Shown here piece after piece: positions 13,831 through 26,192 of a stretch of DNA of 64,000 bases. The position numbers and the translations under genes are program-made. Numbering within the stretch: position 1 is the first letter of the stretch; each line of letters starts with the position of its first letter. This stretch comes from Chiloscyllium plagiosum (Eukaryota). Below the pieces are notes generated by a model, which was not told where the DNA came from, searched no databases, and was given only the letters and a program-made list of their open reading frames with translations. Location: positions 8,098,084-8,162,083 of the forward strand of contig NC_057750.1 in NCBI RefSeq assembly GCF_004010195.1. The letters run 5' to 3'.

Positions 13831-14404
13831 GAGATTGAATAAAAATATAATTTTTAAATCCTAGAATTCAGATTATGCCCAGAAATCTGAACTTTATTAA
13901 ACTGTTTCTAATATCCTTTGAATTTCTACATGAAATTCATGTTATGAAAATATTGGTTCTTTACATTAAAAATTACTTTTTCCATGATGCAACAAGCTGA
14001 CTTGTCTCATTTTATTTCTAATCATGCTCTTTTTTTTTTCTCCAGCATAAAATTGACTGGAAGGAGTAGAGGATGACTGGTGGTGTTGAGACAAAATCTC
14101 ACCTGCATATTCAGAGTGGAGGTAAGTAACATAAGAATGTGTTGACTGTGGAATAATCTAACTTCATGGACAAGTGTTGATTTGATCATGACATTTTGCT
14201 GAGGTTCTCTGATATAATCCCCAAAAGGATTACATGGGTGATAGATACTGCCACAAGTGCCATTTAATTTAACTAAAAGATAGCAATCATTAAACATATT
14301 TTAACTTATCTAACCTTCTCTACTCCTTTAGCCTTAAGGTTGCTATGGATTTTCAAGGTGACTGCACTGTAGATTTTACTGTTTTGTCTCTATAAATTGA
14401 ACAA

Positions 14405-15160
14405 AAATATAATTTGACGAAATGTGAGGCACTGCGTTTCGGTAATACCATGCACAGGATCTGTACAGTTAATGATGGGGCCCTGGGTGGTGTTGAAGAA
14501 CCGAGAGACCTAGGGGTTCGGTACATAATTCTTTGAAAGTTACATCGCAAGTAGATAGGTGGTTAAGAAGGCATTTAATGCACTTTCCTTCATTGCTCAG
14601 ACCTTTTGAGTACAGGAGTTAAGACATCATGTTGAGGTTGTAGAGGACATTGGTGCAGCCTCTGCTGGAATATTGTGTCCAATTCTGGTCATCCTATTAG
14701 AGGAAAGATATTATTAAACTGGAGAGGGTTCAGAAAAGATTTATCAGGATGTTGCCAGGACTGGAGGGTTTGAGTTATAAGTAGATGCTGGATAGGCTGG
14801 GACTTGTTTCACTGGAGCATCGGAGGGGTGGCCTTTTACTAGTCTATAATATTATGAGGGACAAGGATAGGATGAATGGCAAGTGTCTTTTCCCTAAACT
14901 AAGGGAGTTCAAGACTAGTGGGGGCATGTTTTTATGGTGAGGAGAAAGATCTAAAAGGGACCTGAGGGTCAGTATTTTTATACACTTTGTTCCAGAGAAA
15001 ATAATGGATGTGGGTACAATTACAATGTTCAAAAGACATTTGGATTAGTGCAGTAATAGGAATATGGGCCAGGCATGGGCAGGCCGGACTGCTTTAATTT
15101 GGGAATGTGGTCGGCGAGGGCTAGTTGAACTGCAGGGTTTGTTTCCATGCAATGTGACTG
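14405..15160 (+). mobile_element. CR1 LINE 3' part
   Basis: Degenerate LEYCVQFWS, LERVQKRF and RMLPGLEGLSY motifs, then the 3' tail. Confidence 0.88.
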
Positions 15161-15619
15161 AAATTCTTTTGGTGATAAGTGAATGGAGGCACACTCCAGT
15201 TGGTTCTATGCCCATATGTCACCACTAATTGCATAGCAACATTACTGAACAGATAAAATCACTGCTGTAATCTCTGAAGACTAGTTATCTTGCTTGACTT
15301 TAGAGTTTGGTTGCTGTACAGTTGTTTTGAGATTAGATTGTAGTTATTGTCTTGGCTTGTTTAAAAATCGATGAAATACCTTCTTACAAACACTCATTGT
15401 AAAAATTATACTTCAGTCTTGTGTGTTAGTTCAAAACCTTGCATTGCTTTCATCACTCATAATAGTCCTACAGGCATGCGTACTTCACCTTTTAGAGAGC
15501 AACGCAAGTTTGTAAAAACAAAATGTTCACTCTTTATTTTCAAAAAAACATTCAAGTGAATAAGCATGCATCTTGTCACCAATGCAGTTTAATTTCCAAC
15601 CCTAGATAACTACTTCAAC

Positions 15620-15840
15620 GACAAAAACTGCTGGACAAAATCAGCAGGCCTAGCAGAATTTGAGAGAGAAATAGTTAATATTTCAAGTTCAAATGACTCT
15701 TAATTTCTTTAGTCCTAAAGATGTCACGTTTGATTCAAAATGTGAACTTTGTGTCTCTCTTTGCAGATGTTGCTAGACTTTGAGTTTCTCCAGTTTTTTT
15801 TTTTGGTTTCTGATTTCTAGCACCGACAGTATTTTGCACT
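15620..15840. mobile_element. Ancient degraded PLE-related fold-back element
   Basis: Imperfect inverted arms (aaaaactgctggacaaaatcagcagg...gagagagaaatagtt versus aactttgtgtctctcttt...gagtttctccagtttt). The tail resembles family A (cagatgttgctagac; ctagcaccgacagta). Confidence 0.5.
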
Positions 15841-15877
15841 TATTGATTTTTTTTTCTTCTCTCCTTTTCTTTTACAG

Positions 15878-16059
15878 GGATTTACTGGGACCAAATTTGT
15901 TAACTTCCTAGGACAGGAAGGATAATACTGAGGACCACAAAACCATGGGATTAGACGCTTGTTTTGCAAAAAGTGTCAGTTTATAACTCTGCTCCTTTTC
16001 AGATTGCTAGGAGTTCTATGGTGGTATGCTGTTGACCCCCTCAGGATGATTGGATAATT
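15878..16059 (+). other. ARHGAP35: 5' UTR portion of the giant ARHGAP35 exon
   Basis: Long polypyrimidine tract (about 15847-15873) ending TTTACAG|G at 15877/15878, with a possible branch point TTGAT at 15843-15847. The upstream non-coding exon and promoter were not identified in the window. Confidence 0.8.
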
Positions 16060-19000
16060 ATGATGGCAAAAAAACAGGATGTGCGGATCCCAAACTACAG
16101 CATCAGTGTCGTGGGATTATCTGGAACAGAGAAAGAGAAGGGCCAGTGTGGTGTTGGGAAGTCATGTTTCTGCAATCGATTTGTCCGCCCTAAAGCCGAT
16201 GAATTTCATCTTGATCACACATCTGTCCTCAGCACCAGTGACTTTGGGGGCCGTGTTGTTAACAATGACCATTTTTTGTATTGGGGTGAGGTTGGTAGGA
16301 CGGTGGAAGAAGGAGTTGAATGTCGAATTCATGTGGTGGAGCAAACAGAATTCATTGATGATCAGACTTTTCAACCGCATAGGAGCACCGCCCTACAACC
16401 CTATATTAAACGTGCTGCAGCTACCAAATTGGCATCTGCTGAAAAGCTGATGTATATTTGCACTGACCAGTTGGGTCTGGAACAAGACTTTGAACAGAAG
16501 CAGATGCCAGAAGGTAAACTACTGATTGATGGTTTCCTTCTCTGTGTAGATGTCAGTCGAGGTATGAACAGGAATTTTGAAGAGCAACTTAAGTTTGTCA
16601 CAAACCTGTATAACCAAATAATAAAAACAAAAAAGCCCATTGTGGTGGTGCTGACAAAATGTGATGAAGGTGTGGAAAGGTACATACGTGAGGCGCATTC
16701 CTTCGCCATGGCAAGAAAGAACCTCCAAGTGGTGGAGACATCAGCTCGATCAAACGTCAATGTGGAATTGGCCTTTAGTACTTTAGCACAGCTAATAGAT
16801 AAAAGCAGGGCAAGACCCAAAATAACTCCATATTATGAAGCATTGAAACAACAAAGTCAGCTGATAGCTCATGGAAAAGATAAGTATGAATTTATCATTA
16901 GCCACTGTGTCACCCATCATAATGAAAGTTGGATGAATGCGACTAGAAAAATGCAAATGAAACCTGAATTCCAGGAGTATGTGGATCTAGAAGGAACTCT
17001 GAAGGCCAAAAAGCTGTTTGCACAGCATGTCCTGATGCTCAAGGACAAGCACATTGAACATTTAAAGAACAAATACCTTAATAGACTTGTGCTCGCTCTT
17101 GATGCCCTATTTCCAGATCTGAATGAGATTGAAAACTTGAACTGGCCCTTGGCACAGCAGAGATTGAAGACCAAGCAGGACTTCTCGACCTGGTTTGTTG
17201 TCCTTAGTGAGACACCATGGGATAAAACCGATCATATTGACAAAGTGGATGACGACCGAATTCCATTTGACCTGCTGGCTGGAAAATGTGCAGAAGATCA
17301 ATTCAGAAAACATTTGGAGAAACTGAAGAATGAAAGAAAGCGAGCTGAGATGAGGAAAGCTTTCAAAGAAAATCTGGGATCGTCTCCTTTCATAACCCCT
17401 GGAAAACCATGGGAAGAGGCTAGGAGTTTTGTTATGAATGAGGAATTTTATCAATGGCTCCAAGAGTCTGAGTACCAAGATATTTACAGTAGACATCAAC
17501 GTGAGATTATTGATAAAGCCAAGGATCAGTTTCAGGAATTGCTTTTAGAGTATTCTGAGTTGTTTTATGAATTAGAGTTGGACGCGAAGCCCAGCAAGGA
17601 GAAAATGGGTCTCATTCAGGATGTTTTGGGTGAAGAACAACGATTTAAGGCACTTCAAAAGCTGCAAGCTGAACGGGATGCCCTTGTCTTGAAACACATT
17701 CACTTTGTATACCATCCGACAAAAGAAACTTGTCCAAACAGTCAAAAATGTATGGACAGTAAAGTTGAACAGTTGTTGGCTGCTCGATTTTATCGATCTT
17801 CTGATCGAAGTCTTGTGAACTCTCATTTGCACTCGAGTGCTGACAAACTCAACCTTGTACTTCTTGGCAAGGATGGGCTTGCACATGAACTGGCTAATGA
17901 GATTAGAGTCCTGTGTACTGATGATAAGTATGTGCTTGAGGGCAAAATGTATGAATTATCATTACGACCAATAGAAGGAAATGTGAAACATCGGGTTAAT
18001 TCTTTTCAGACATCTACCTTTCAACCTCATGGTTGCCTTTGCCTCTACAACTCCAAAGAATCGCTGTATTACATAAAGGAGAGCTTAGAGAAACTGAAAG
18101 AGTCGACATTAGACCGAAGGGACAATCACTTAGCTCAGCTGCCTCTAACCCTAGTTTTAGCAAACAAAAGGGAGAGTGGTGGAGAAACACTACAAACTTT
18201 GAGAAACCATGGTCAACAACTTGCCAACAAATTGCAATGCCTTTTTGTTGATGTAACGTCACACAGTGTAGGTTCTGGGCGAAACTTCAGTGAATTGCAA
18301 ATCAATCAGGCTTTGAAAGGCTTGTTGGATACCATGAAACGCAATTTGAATCTAGTAAGTGCATCCCCCAGCATTAAAGACTTAACTGATGCAGATCTTC
18401 GGGTAGTCATGTGTTTGATGTGTGGTGACTTATTTAATGTGGATGAAGTCCTCCTCTCCATCATTCAACCTCATTTTTGTAGTTCATTGCAGCCTGGGAA
18501 CAGCAATTCAGTAATGCTTGAATTAACAATTGGAGCAGTACGTAGAAGTGTTGAAGTATCAATCCTTTCCTATCATTCCTCTTTCAATATAAGGAAAAAC
18601 CAGTTAGTCCATGGGTACATTGTTTTTTATTTGGCTAGACGCAAGGCTTCTTTAGCAATGCTCCGTGCCTTTCTCTCAGATGTGCAAGACATCATACCTA
18701 TTCAGCTAGTAGCAATCACTGAAGGAACTGAGGTGTCAGAGAGCGATGTTTCACGGGACCAGCTTGAAGAAGGCCAGGAAATTGCTCATGAAATCTGTGG
18801 AAGGTTTACTGCAATTTCCAGTGGACAGCCATTCCAACACAATGCGGAGATTTTTGCTAAATTTTTTAGAGATGCAACTGAAAAGAAAATCTTCGTTGAA
18901 GCTTCACACATGTATGACAATGCAGCAGAAGCCTGCAGCAACCCAGAAGATGTGTTTAACCTTTCTCCCAGGCCTGGCTCACCACTCAATAATTCAAACT

Positions 19001-19770
19001 GCTTTGACTATGAGGAGGACATTGAAGGTCCGCCACCCTATGTTGCACTTCAAGATGAAACTTCTGGGCCTCCATTGGCAAAAGAGCACCCTAAGCTCTT
19101 AATGGACCTTGAAGGGAATGACAGTTATTCACTATATAGCACTCCCAGCTCTTTTGAGAGGCTAAATAACAAAGTACCTCCTCCTGTAAAACCAAAGCCA
19201 ATGGTACATTTTGACAAACTGATGAAGAAAATGGATTCCTCTGAAGGAAAGGAACTAGTCAGCAAAGAAATGCCGAGAAAGCCTTCGACAGTAAGTTGGG
19301 CACCTTCTGATGATGGATCATATACATCTGATTATGCAGAACCAATAGACACTTTGGTGAGACCAAGAGGGGATGAAGAGAATATCTACTCAGTACCACA
19401 TGACAGCACCCAAGGCAAAATTATTACAATTCGGAATTCCATTTCTGCAAAATCACAATCAAATGGAAGTGGTAATGGGTCAGATAGTGAGATGGACATC
19501 AGTTCTTTGGAGCGCCAGAGAAAACTCTCCTCTGTGAGCAAACCATTGTTGTACAGAGACCGGTCCAAGAGATTAGGCAGGTTTGCAAGTTACCGAACAA
19601 GTTTCAGTGTTGGTAGTGATGACGAGCTTGGGTCTGTGTCATCACAGAAGAAAGCAGAAGCTGATTCTTCACTTCCTAAGGGAGATACTGCAACAAATAC
19701 ATTTGAACCGGATGGAGATGAGTCAAAGCGAGGGAAGCTGCTTCGTAGTTTGAGAAGGCCAACATCAAGG
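16060..19770 (+). CDS. ARHGAP35: ARHGAP35 (p190A RhoGAP) first coding exon, 1237 codons: N-terminal GTPase-like domain, FF domains, pseudoGTPase domains pG1/pG2, p120RasGAP-binding tyrosines, start of polybasic region
   Basis: ORF begins [35 protein letters not shown], which is p190A-type rather than ARHGAP5-type. It contains [23 protein letters not shown] and [11 protein letters not shown]. Homology ends at [10 protein letters not shown], exactly at a phase-0 donor AGG|GTAAGA (19770/19771). The ORF track's extension to 19860 is intron read-through. Confidence 0.97.
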
Positions 19771-19914
19771 GTAAGAGTCCTGATTTCAAATGACGATGAA
19801 CTAAAGGGCATGTACTCAAGTCATAATTTAAAGTATGGGAAAATGATACAGAAGAAATAAAATTTGACATATAATAATTAACAAATTGCATTTTCTAAGA
19901 TTTGCCACACATGG

Positions 19915-20290
19915 CATTATTGTAGTCACCTGACAGGCCTAGTATTTCAGAAGCCTGGATCAATGATTTGGAAGCACAAGTTCCAACCCTGCTTTTACCT
20001 GTGAGAATTTAGTTTAATTAAATCTAGAATGTAAAATTTGCTCTGGATTAGGAATCTTGACCATCCACTAACAAATTGTCCAAAAAATCCCATTTACTCG
20101 CGAGTACTCTTTTAGGAAAGGAACTCCTGCTTCTTGCCCTTTTCTGTTCTGTATCTGTCTTCAGATCTGCCAGACATGTAGTTGACTCTTAACTTCTCTC
20201 CTAAATGGCCTGGCAATTCTCCCAGCCAGAAAACAGCACTGTCTTTTGAGAGAATTGTGGATGGGCAATAATTTCTGGTTTTCCAGTATT
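19915..20290 (+). mobile_element. Old SINE, DeuSINE/SacSINE1-like, degraded
   Basis: tttaggaaaggaact...gttgactcttaact...gatgggcaataa matches 23930-24420. Confidence 0.5.
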
Positions 20291-21238
20291 GCCCACTTGC
20301 ATAAAGAGCACCAAGTATGTTGATTTTGTGTTTCCAAAGAATTTCAAAAAAAACTATAATTTTGCACATTAACTTTATACATGTAGAGGCATATTTTGCA
20401 CTGTACAACTCACAAATACTGAAGGTGCTAAGTCTTGCTGTTGGTAGAGGTATTTTTATAGTGATTAATTGAGTATCGACTAAGACGAGATCTGGAATGA
20501 TGAAGTTTATTAGATTCAGTGCTAAATCTCTTGCAACAAATGGACACAGTCACTGAGCAGTTTGCATTTATCTAATGCCACTAATGTAGGAAAAGACCCC
20601 AAGGCATTTCACAATTGAACAAACGTTGATAGTGACCCTGTCAATATTAGAATGACTAGCTAACAGCTTGGTTGAAAAGAGTTGTTTTAATGGTTTTTGG
20701 AGAGATATGGCTGAATATATTGCTGTAAATGGGTCAGAGACTTTGGGTTGGGGCCTATGGGCCCCCAGAACTTTAGGTTAACTTCTAATACTTCTCTGTT
20801 GCACAAAGTTAGATTTTTATGTTCGAGTGCTGATGTGATGGTGGAACTCTTAACTTTTAAACTTGGAGTTAGAGATGTTGTGAATCTAGTGAAGCTAATA
20901 CAGCTATATTTATGCACGAGACCATTTGAAGACTTGTGTTCAACAGCATCTTGTCTTGAGTAACAGCTGCTCTTATTAAAAGGAATTTGAAGTTCTCCTC
21001 CTGTGATTGCCAACTACCTTAAGTTTCAATTTTGAAAAGATACTACACAAATAAAATAATACTCTGCCTTGAAGGTACAAAAGACTGCTTCAGAAGATGT
21101 TTGAATTCAGCCCATGTATGCAAGTAGGTTTATAAAGCCATTAAGGTCCCTTCTAGTTTTAGCAATTGGGCCTATTACATTTTTAAAAAATATTCCATTT
21201 CATTTGATTTTCCGTGATTGACCTTAGCTTGCTTTTAG

Positions 21239-21451
21239 GAGAAAGTGAGGGCTGCAGATGCTGGAGATCAGAGCTGAAAATGTGTTGCTGGAAAAGTGCA
21301 GCAGGTCAGGCAGCATCCAAGGAACAGGAGAATTGACGTTTCGGGCATAAGCCCTTCTTCAGGAAGAAGGGCTTATGCCCGAAACGTCGATTCTCCTGTT
21401 CCTTGGATGCCGCCTGACCTGCTGCGCTTTTCCAGCATCACATTTTCAGCT
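21239..21451. mobile_element. Family A fold-back PLE/hammerhead element with 16-bp TSD
   Basis: Near-perfect ~90-bp inverted arms; exact direct repeat cttagcttgcttttag at 21223-21238 and 21452-21467. Confidence 0.9.
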
Positions 21452-21984
21452 CTTAGCTTGCTTTTAGCCCTGTAATCACAGGGAGTCTCATCTTTTGACA
21501 GTCTTCTACTTCTGCGTCGTCCTTTTTTCTTTTGTCTCTTCTGTCTTAGTATTTTTCACCCCTTTTCTTCAAAATAAAAAGCTGTGCTTGTGTTGAAAAC
21601 AGCTGACTACCCACTCGTGTGAGAACTGATATTACCATTTCTGAGCTGGTTAAATACAGGATGAACCAAACTGGAAAGTGCATGAATGTGGTTGGCTGTC
21701 ATGCACCATGCAGTAAAAGTCCTATTTAACACTCAATATCTTTGCGCACAAGTATAATTTAAGACACATAATTATAAACTGTTAATGCTTGTTCACATCT
21801 TGTTTAAAAAAGGAATTCTTCCCTCCATTCAATCTTCTGTTGCAGACCTATCTCCGTATTGACTTTTTCAAGGATGACATTTACTCCCAGTCACCAGTTT
21901 GAGTGGTGTTTCTTCACTTGACTGAGCAGACCAATTTCTTGACCCACAGATGTATGGGAAAAGATGATCCACAAATCTGTGGGG

Positions 21985-22663
21985 TGTTATGGACCAGACC
22001 AAAACCCTCTTAAGATTTATTTAGAAGATAGCCTAGATCCCAACTTTTCTTACTTTGAAAGGCACATGTAAGGTATTGTGTTCCAGACGCAATTTGATTT
22101 GTCAAACTACCCAGCTTGAGGCAAAACCTATTTCATTCTTACATTCCAGTTAAAGTACAGACAAAATGCTAATTTTTTTAAAAAATTAGCTTAACTATGA
22201 CTCTTAAAATACCTAACAAGATAATATATGTTTACTACCACTGATTAGCTGTTCCAGGATAGTAACATCCTGTAAACACCCTTGGCAGAGACATTCAGTA
22301 ACATCGATGGTTCACATGGAATTCTGTAGTCGAGGAGGAAAGAACATCGAGAGAAAGCTGTGTATGTATGTTTGTGTGTGTCTGTCTGTCTATCTCTAAA
22401 ATACAGAACTCGAGTGTTTTGCTGTAGCAAGGAGAGATGAATAGCAGTTTCCAAACTCCAGCTACTGGAAGTTAAACTAAAGTCCTGGTTCTTTGGGAAC
22501 TTTATCCCATCCCTTCATACTGCTTGTCTTCAAACTGTTAAAAGAAAACCCAAGGCGCCTCAAGCTGTTTATTAGGTTGGAAGTGTGCTGATCACATCTG
22601 TCTCAATCTCTCTTCATAAAACAACCGCGACAAATACACCCCTTAAAACCATAATATTGTCAT
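21985..22663 (-). mobile_element. Solo-LTR-like element
   Basis: Begins TGTTAT and is ~680 nt long. The first ~150 nt are homologous to 29606 onward and to the reverse complement of ~54200-54343. Strand is tentative. Confidence 0.55.
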
Positions 22664-23929
22664 AGAGTCCAGATTGCTGGATTGGCATCCTTTTCTTTTT
22701 CTCTCTCTGCCTCATCATTAAGATGTAATCCAAAGCATGATACAACTTGATGGACACATTGTTACCATTTTAAATGATTGGTTACAATTCCTCCAAGTTA
22801 TTAATGTCAATGCTGCTGTCCTTCAAGGAAATCTTTTACAATGTCTTTTGAGTGCCTTCTTTGTTCTTCCTTGGAATGTCAGCTATTTGTGGATTGAAGA
22901 AAAGGACCTGGTAGGCATAATGGTTATGGCCATTCGGTCAGTATCCAGTACACTGAATTTGATTTTTTTTTTGCAATATTTTTGAATGTTTGTAGAGCTG
23001 GCTTCAAGAGGAACGCAATATTTTTTGAGATTTTCCCATTGAATCTACAGTGTGCAGCAGATATGTTACTGATGGAATTTCTTTTGCTGTCTTATTTGTT
23101 ACTAAATGCACCATCAAAGTCTCACTAATTCTCTGTTCACTAGGACTATAGATGGTCTTTATTAACTAGTTTTATAGCAGGCTGATCTGGTACAGCTGAT
23201 CTGGTACAGCTGATCTAATGCTCGACCACCTCATTAATGGTGACCTTTTGAGAGAAGTGATACTGCTCTTTGAGAATATCTCTTTCATAGATGAATAGTG
23301 GCAAATTTGGTTGATCCAAGCTTCATTTTGGCAACATGCAAGAATAGACTGACTTTATACAATGAATTGAGGAGAGAGAATGTCTTGCTAATTTGGTGTA
23401 AAGTGGGAATCAACACTCTAGTCACCTACAAAAAATGTCTGAGTTAATTTTGGTTTGGACATGAATGAGTACAAAGGGTTTTCCATCAAGTTAGATGTAA
23501 AGAGAAAAGGGAGGTGAGCAGTTTGGACAGAAGAGTAAGCAGCAATGAATGACAAAAAAAAATTAATGAGAGTAAATTAGAGTACAAGAAGAGGAAGCTA
23601 GCCAGAAATATGAAAACAAATGGTAAGATTTGCAGTAAGTACTTAAAATGTAAACTGAGTTATGGTCGCGGACTTAAAATGGAAAATAAGTAGATAGCAG
23701 ATTAATTGAATGGATATTTTATTTCATTGCTCACTATAGAGGATGAAAGTAACATCTCAGAAGCAGCACTACATCAGGAAATGGAATTGTTTGGGGGGGG
23801 GGGGGGGAAAAGAGACTGAAGAATGCGGGGTAACTACAGCCACCAGAGCAGTGGTAGAGAGTCAATTTGGAGATGTGGGCTGACACACAGCCGCATTCTG
23901 GTGAGCTTCCTCCTTGGGTCTTCAAAGTA

Positions 23930-24420
23930 TTATTACTTGATTATTAATCCAGAGACCCTACTAATGTTCTGGGAACTTTGGTTTGAGTCCTGCCATGGCA
24001 GATGGCGGAATTTGAATTCAATAAAAAAGAAATCTGGAATTAGAAGTCTAATGGTGACCATGAAAAACCATTGTTGATTGTTGGGGGTGGGGGTGATCTA
24101 ATGCTCGACCACCTCATTAATGGTGACCTTTTGAGAGAAGTGATACTGCTCTTTGAGAGCTGGTTCACTGATGCCTTTTGTTTAGGGAAGGAAACCACTG
24201 TCCTTGTCTGGTCTGATGTGGAGAAGCCGCTGACAGCTAGTGCTTCTGAATGAACCTATTGGACTACAACTTGTTGTGTGATTTTTAACCTTACCTGGTC
24301 TGGCCTACATGTGATTCCAGATCCACAGCAATGTGATTGACATTAATTGCCCTCTGGGCAGTTAGGGATGGGCAATAAATGTTGGCCTGGCCAGTGATGC
24401 CCACATCTCATGAATGAATA
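23930..24420 (+). mobile_element. DeuSINE/SacSINE1-like SINE carrying two internal insertions
   Basis: Core tttagggaaggaaacc...ccttacctggtctggcctacatgtgattccaga...gggcaataaatgttggcctggccagtgatgcccacatc, with a (tgaa)n tail. Confidence 0.7.
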
Positions 24421-24885
24421 AATAAAACGTGTTGACACCACTAAGCAGTTGAAATGTTTGAAGTGATTGACTAGTAGATTGTAAATAGTATGAGAGATAC
24501 CATAAACTTGTCTGAAATTTGAAGATATCCATATCAGATCTGCCACACGCAAGAGTTACATCAAGCAGTTTGAGGATTATGAAGTTTCTTGGATATCCAG
24601 ATATTTGCAACATAGTCCATGGAACTTTGATTTAGTGAGTCCTCTCTTCAATGTAGATAGCAGTCAGTTACTAGATTCCATTAGTAGTGGATTCTAATCT
24701 ATAATTGAATATACAGATATTATATAAAAGGGAACTGAGCTCCATACTGAAAATGACATGAAATTTTCCAATTTTATTTTAAGAAAAAGCATTATTTAAG
24801 TTGTAGTGTATTGATTAGTGGTTGTGACTAATAGGTTGTAAATTCTCTCTCCCTCCTCCACTTCCCTCCACCCCCCCTCTCCCAA

Positions 24886-24935
24886 CACTCACTCACTCAC
24901 TCACTCACTCACTCACTCACTCACTCACTCACTCA
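24886..24935. repeat. (ACTC)n microsatellite
   Basis: About 12 tandem ACTC units. Confidence 0.95.
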
Positions 24936-26192
24936 TATGGGTGGTTTTAGTGGCAGTACTCCCTGTTAATTACTGCATAGGGATTTTCACACAGTTGTAC
25001 CACTGTCTGGGAATGGCAAATGAAGGTGGGACGCTTGCATTGGAGTCAGGAAATATACTGGAATGCAAATTAGTTTTTCTGCTTTATTGCCACAGGCAGG
25101 ACTTAGTGGTATTTTGAATGCAGTCATTGATGAGTTTGTTGATTTTGGAGCAAGTAATAAGGTCCCACATTTCTACAGAGGTTTGAGACGTATGAAGACA
25201 TTTTCTGTTCTTGTCTGTAACTTCCCTTGTCTTTCCTCTTTCCCTTGAAGATGATGGCTTAGTGATTGCTTATATACGTAGGCCCAAATAATCATTCTTC
25301 ATTTATAATTCAGGATAGTGCTTATGGTTGTTATTGCTGTATGAAGCCTAATAACTCATTTAATGATATCCATTGGTACAGTTACTTACAAGCTGGTGAT
25401 TTCTGAATTAACAGCTATCATTGTCGCTGGATGGGGTGTGGAGTTGCACCTGAGATAAGTTAAGTAAGCAAATATCAAGCTTTTTTTTATTAGAAGTATA
25501 TAATTTATATATTAATATTTTTGGAATTTGGACCTCATTGGAGAGGCAGGCAGGTATTAGTTCTGAGGTTTTTTAAAAGTCTGTCCTTCCAGAATATTGT
25601 TTAATTCCAACATTTTGTCAGAGAGCAGGTGACTGCAAACTTCTGTGGCATTGATGGGAAGATGTTTTTTCTTTTTGATTTATGACCAGTCGAGTTTAGA
25701 AGACACACCACTGTTGAGTTTAGAAGCATGTTTAACTTCTCTGCTAGAAGAATGATTAAGGACATAATTCACTTCAAAAGCGTTTAGTTTATGAAGTGTC
25801 CTAATCGGGGGGATTTGCTTAAATCTGCAGGTTATCAGAACTGAGTAAGTTTAGGTTCTCAGATTTTTAGTAGTTCATGCTAGCATATTTGGAAAGGACT
25901 CATTGAATAATCTTCGTAGTCTGTGGCAAGGAGACTGTTTTGAGTCAATTGAGTTGAATCCTAGAGTTGAGATATAACATGCAATTTATCTGGAATTGAA
26001 TTTCTGAAATGGATAGTGTCAGGAAATGGGCTGAAACCTTTTGCTTTGCTGCGTGCTTTGAGGTAATTGTGACTTAATTAGCTTGTTTTTAAAATTTATT
26101 TTGTCTCAACATTTTCTGCTGTGTTCAAAAAAATTTAGTCTTGTGTATGGCTGTGACTAATCACCACTTTCTAAACTTTTTAATGAACAAGT

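Noticed and set aside
19771..19860. Last 29 codons of the 1266-aa ORF as part of the canonical protein
   Set aside because: Homology stops at a canonical GTAAGA donor and continues in frame at 55336.
16079..19891. Overlapping and antisense ORFs within the giant exon
   Set aside because: Short shadow ORFs of a long coding exon with no recognisable motifs.
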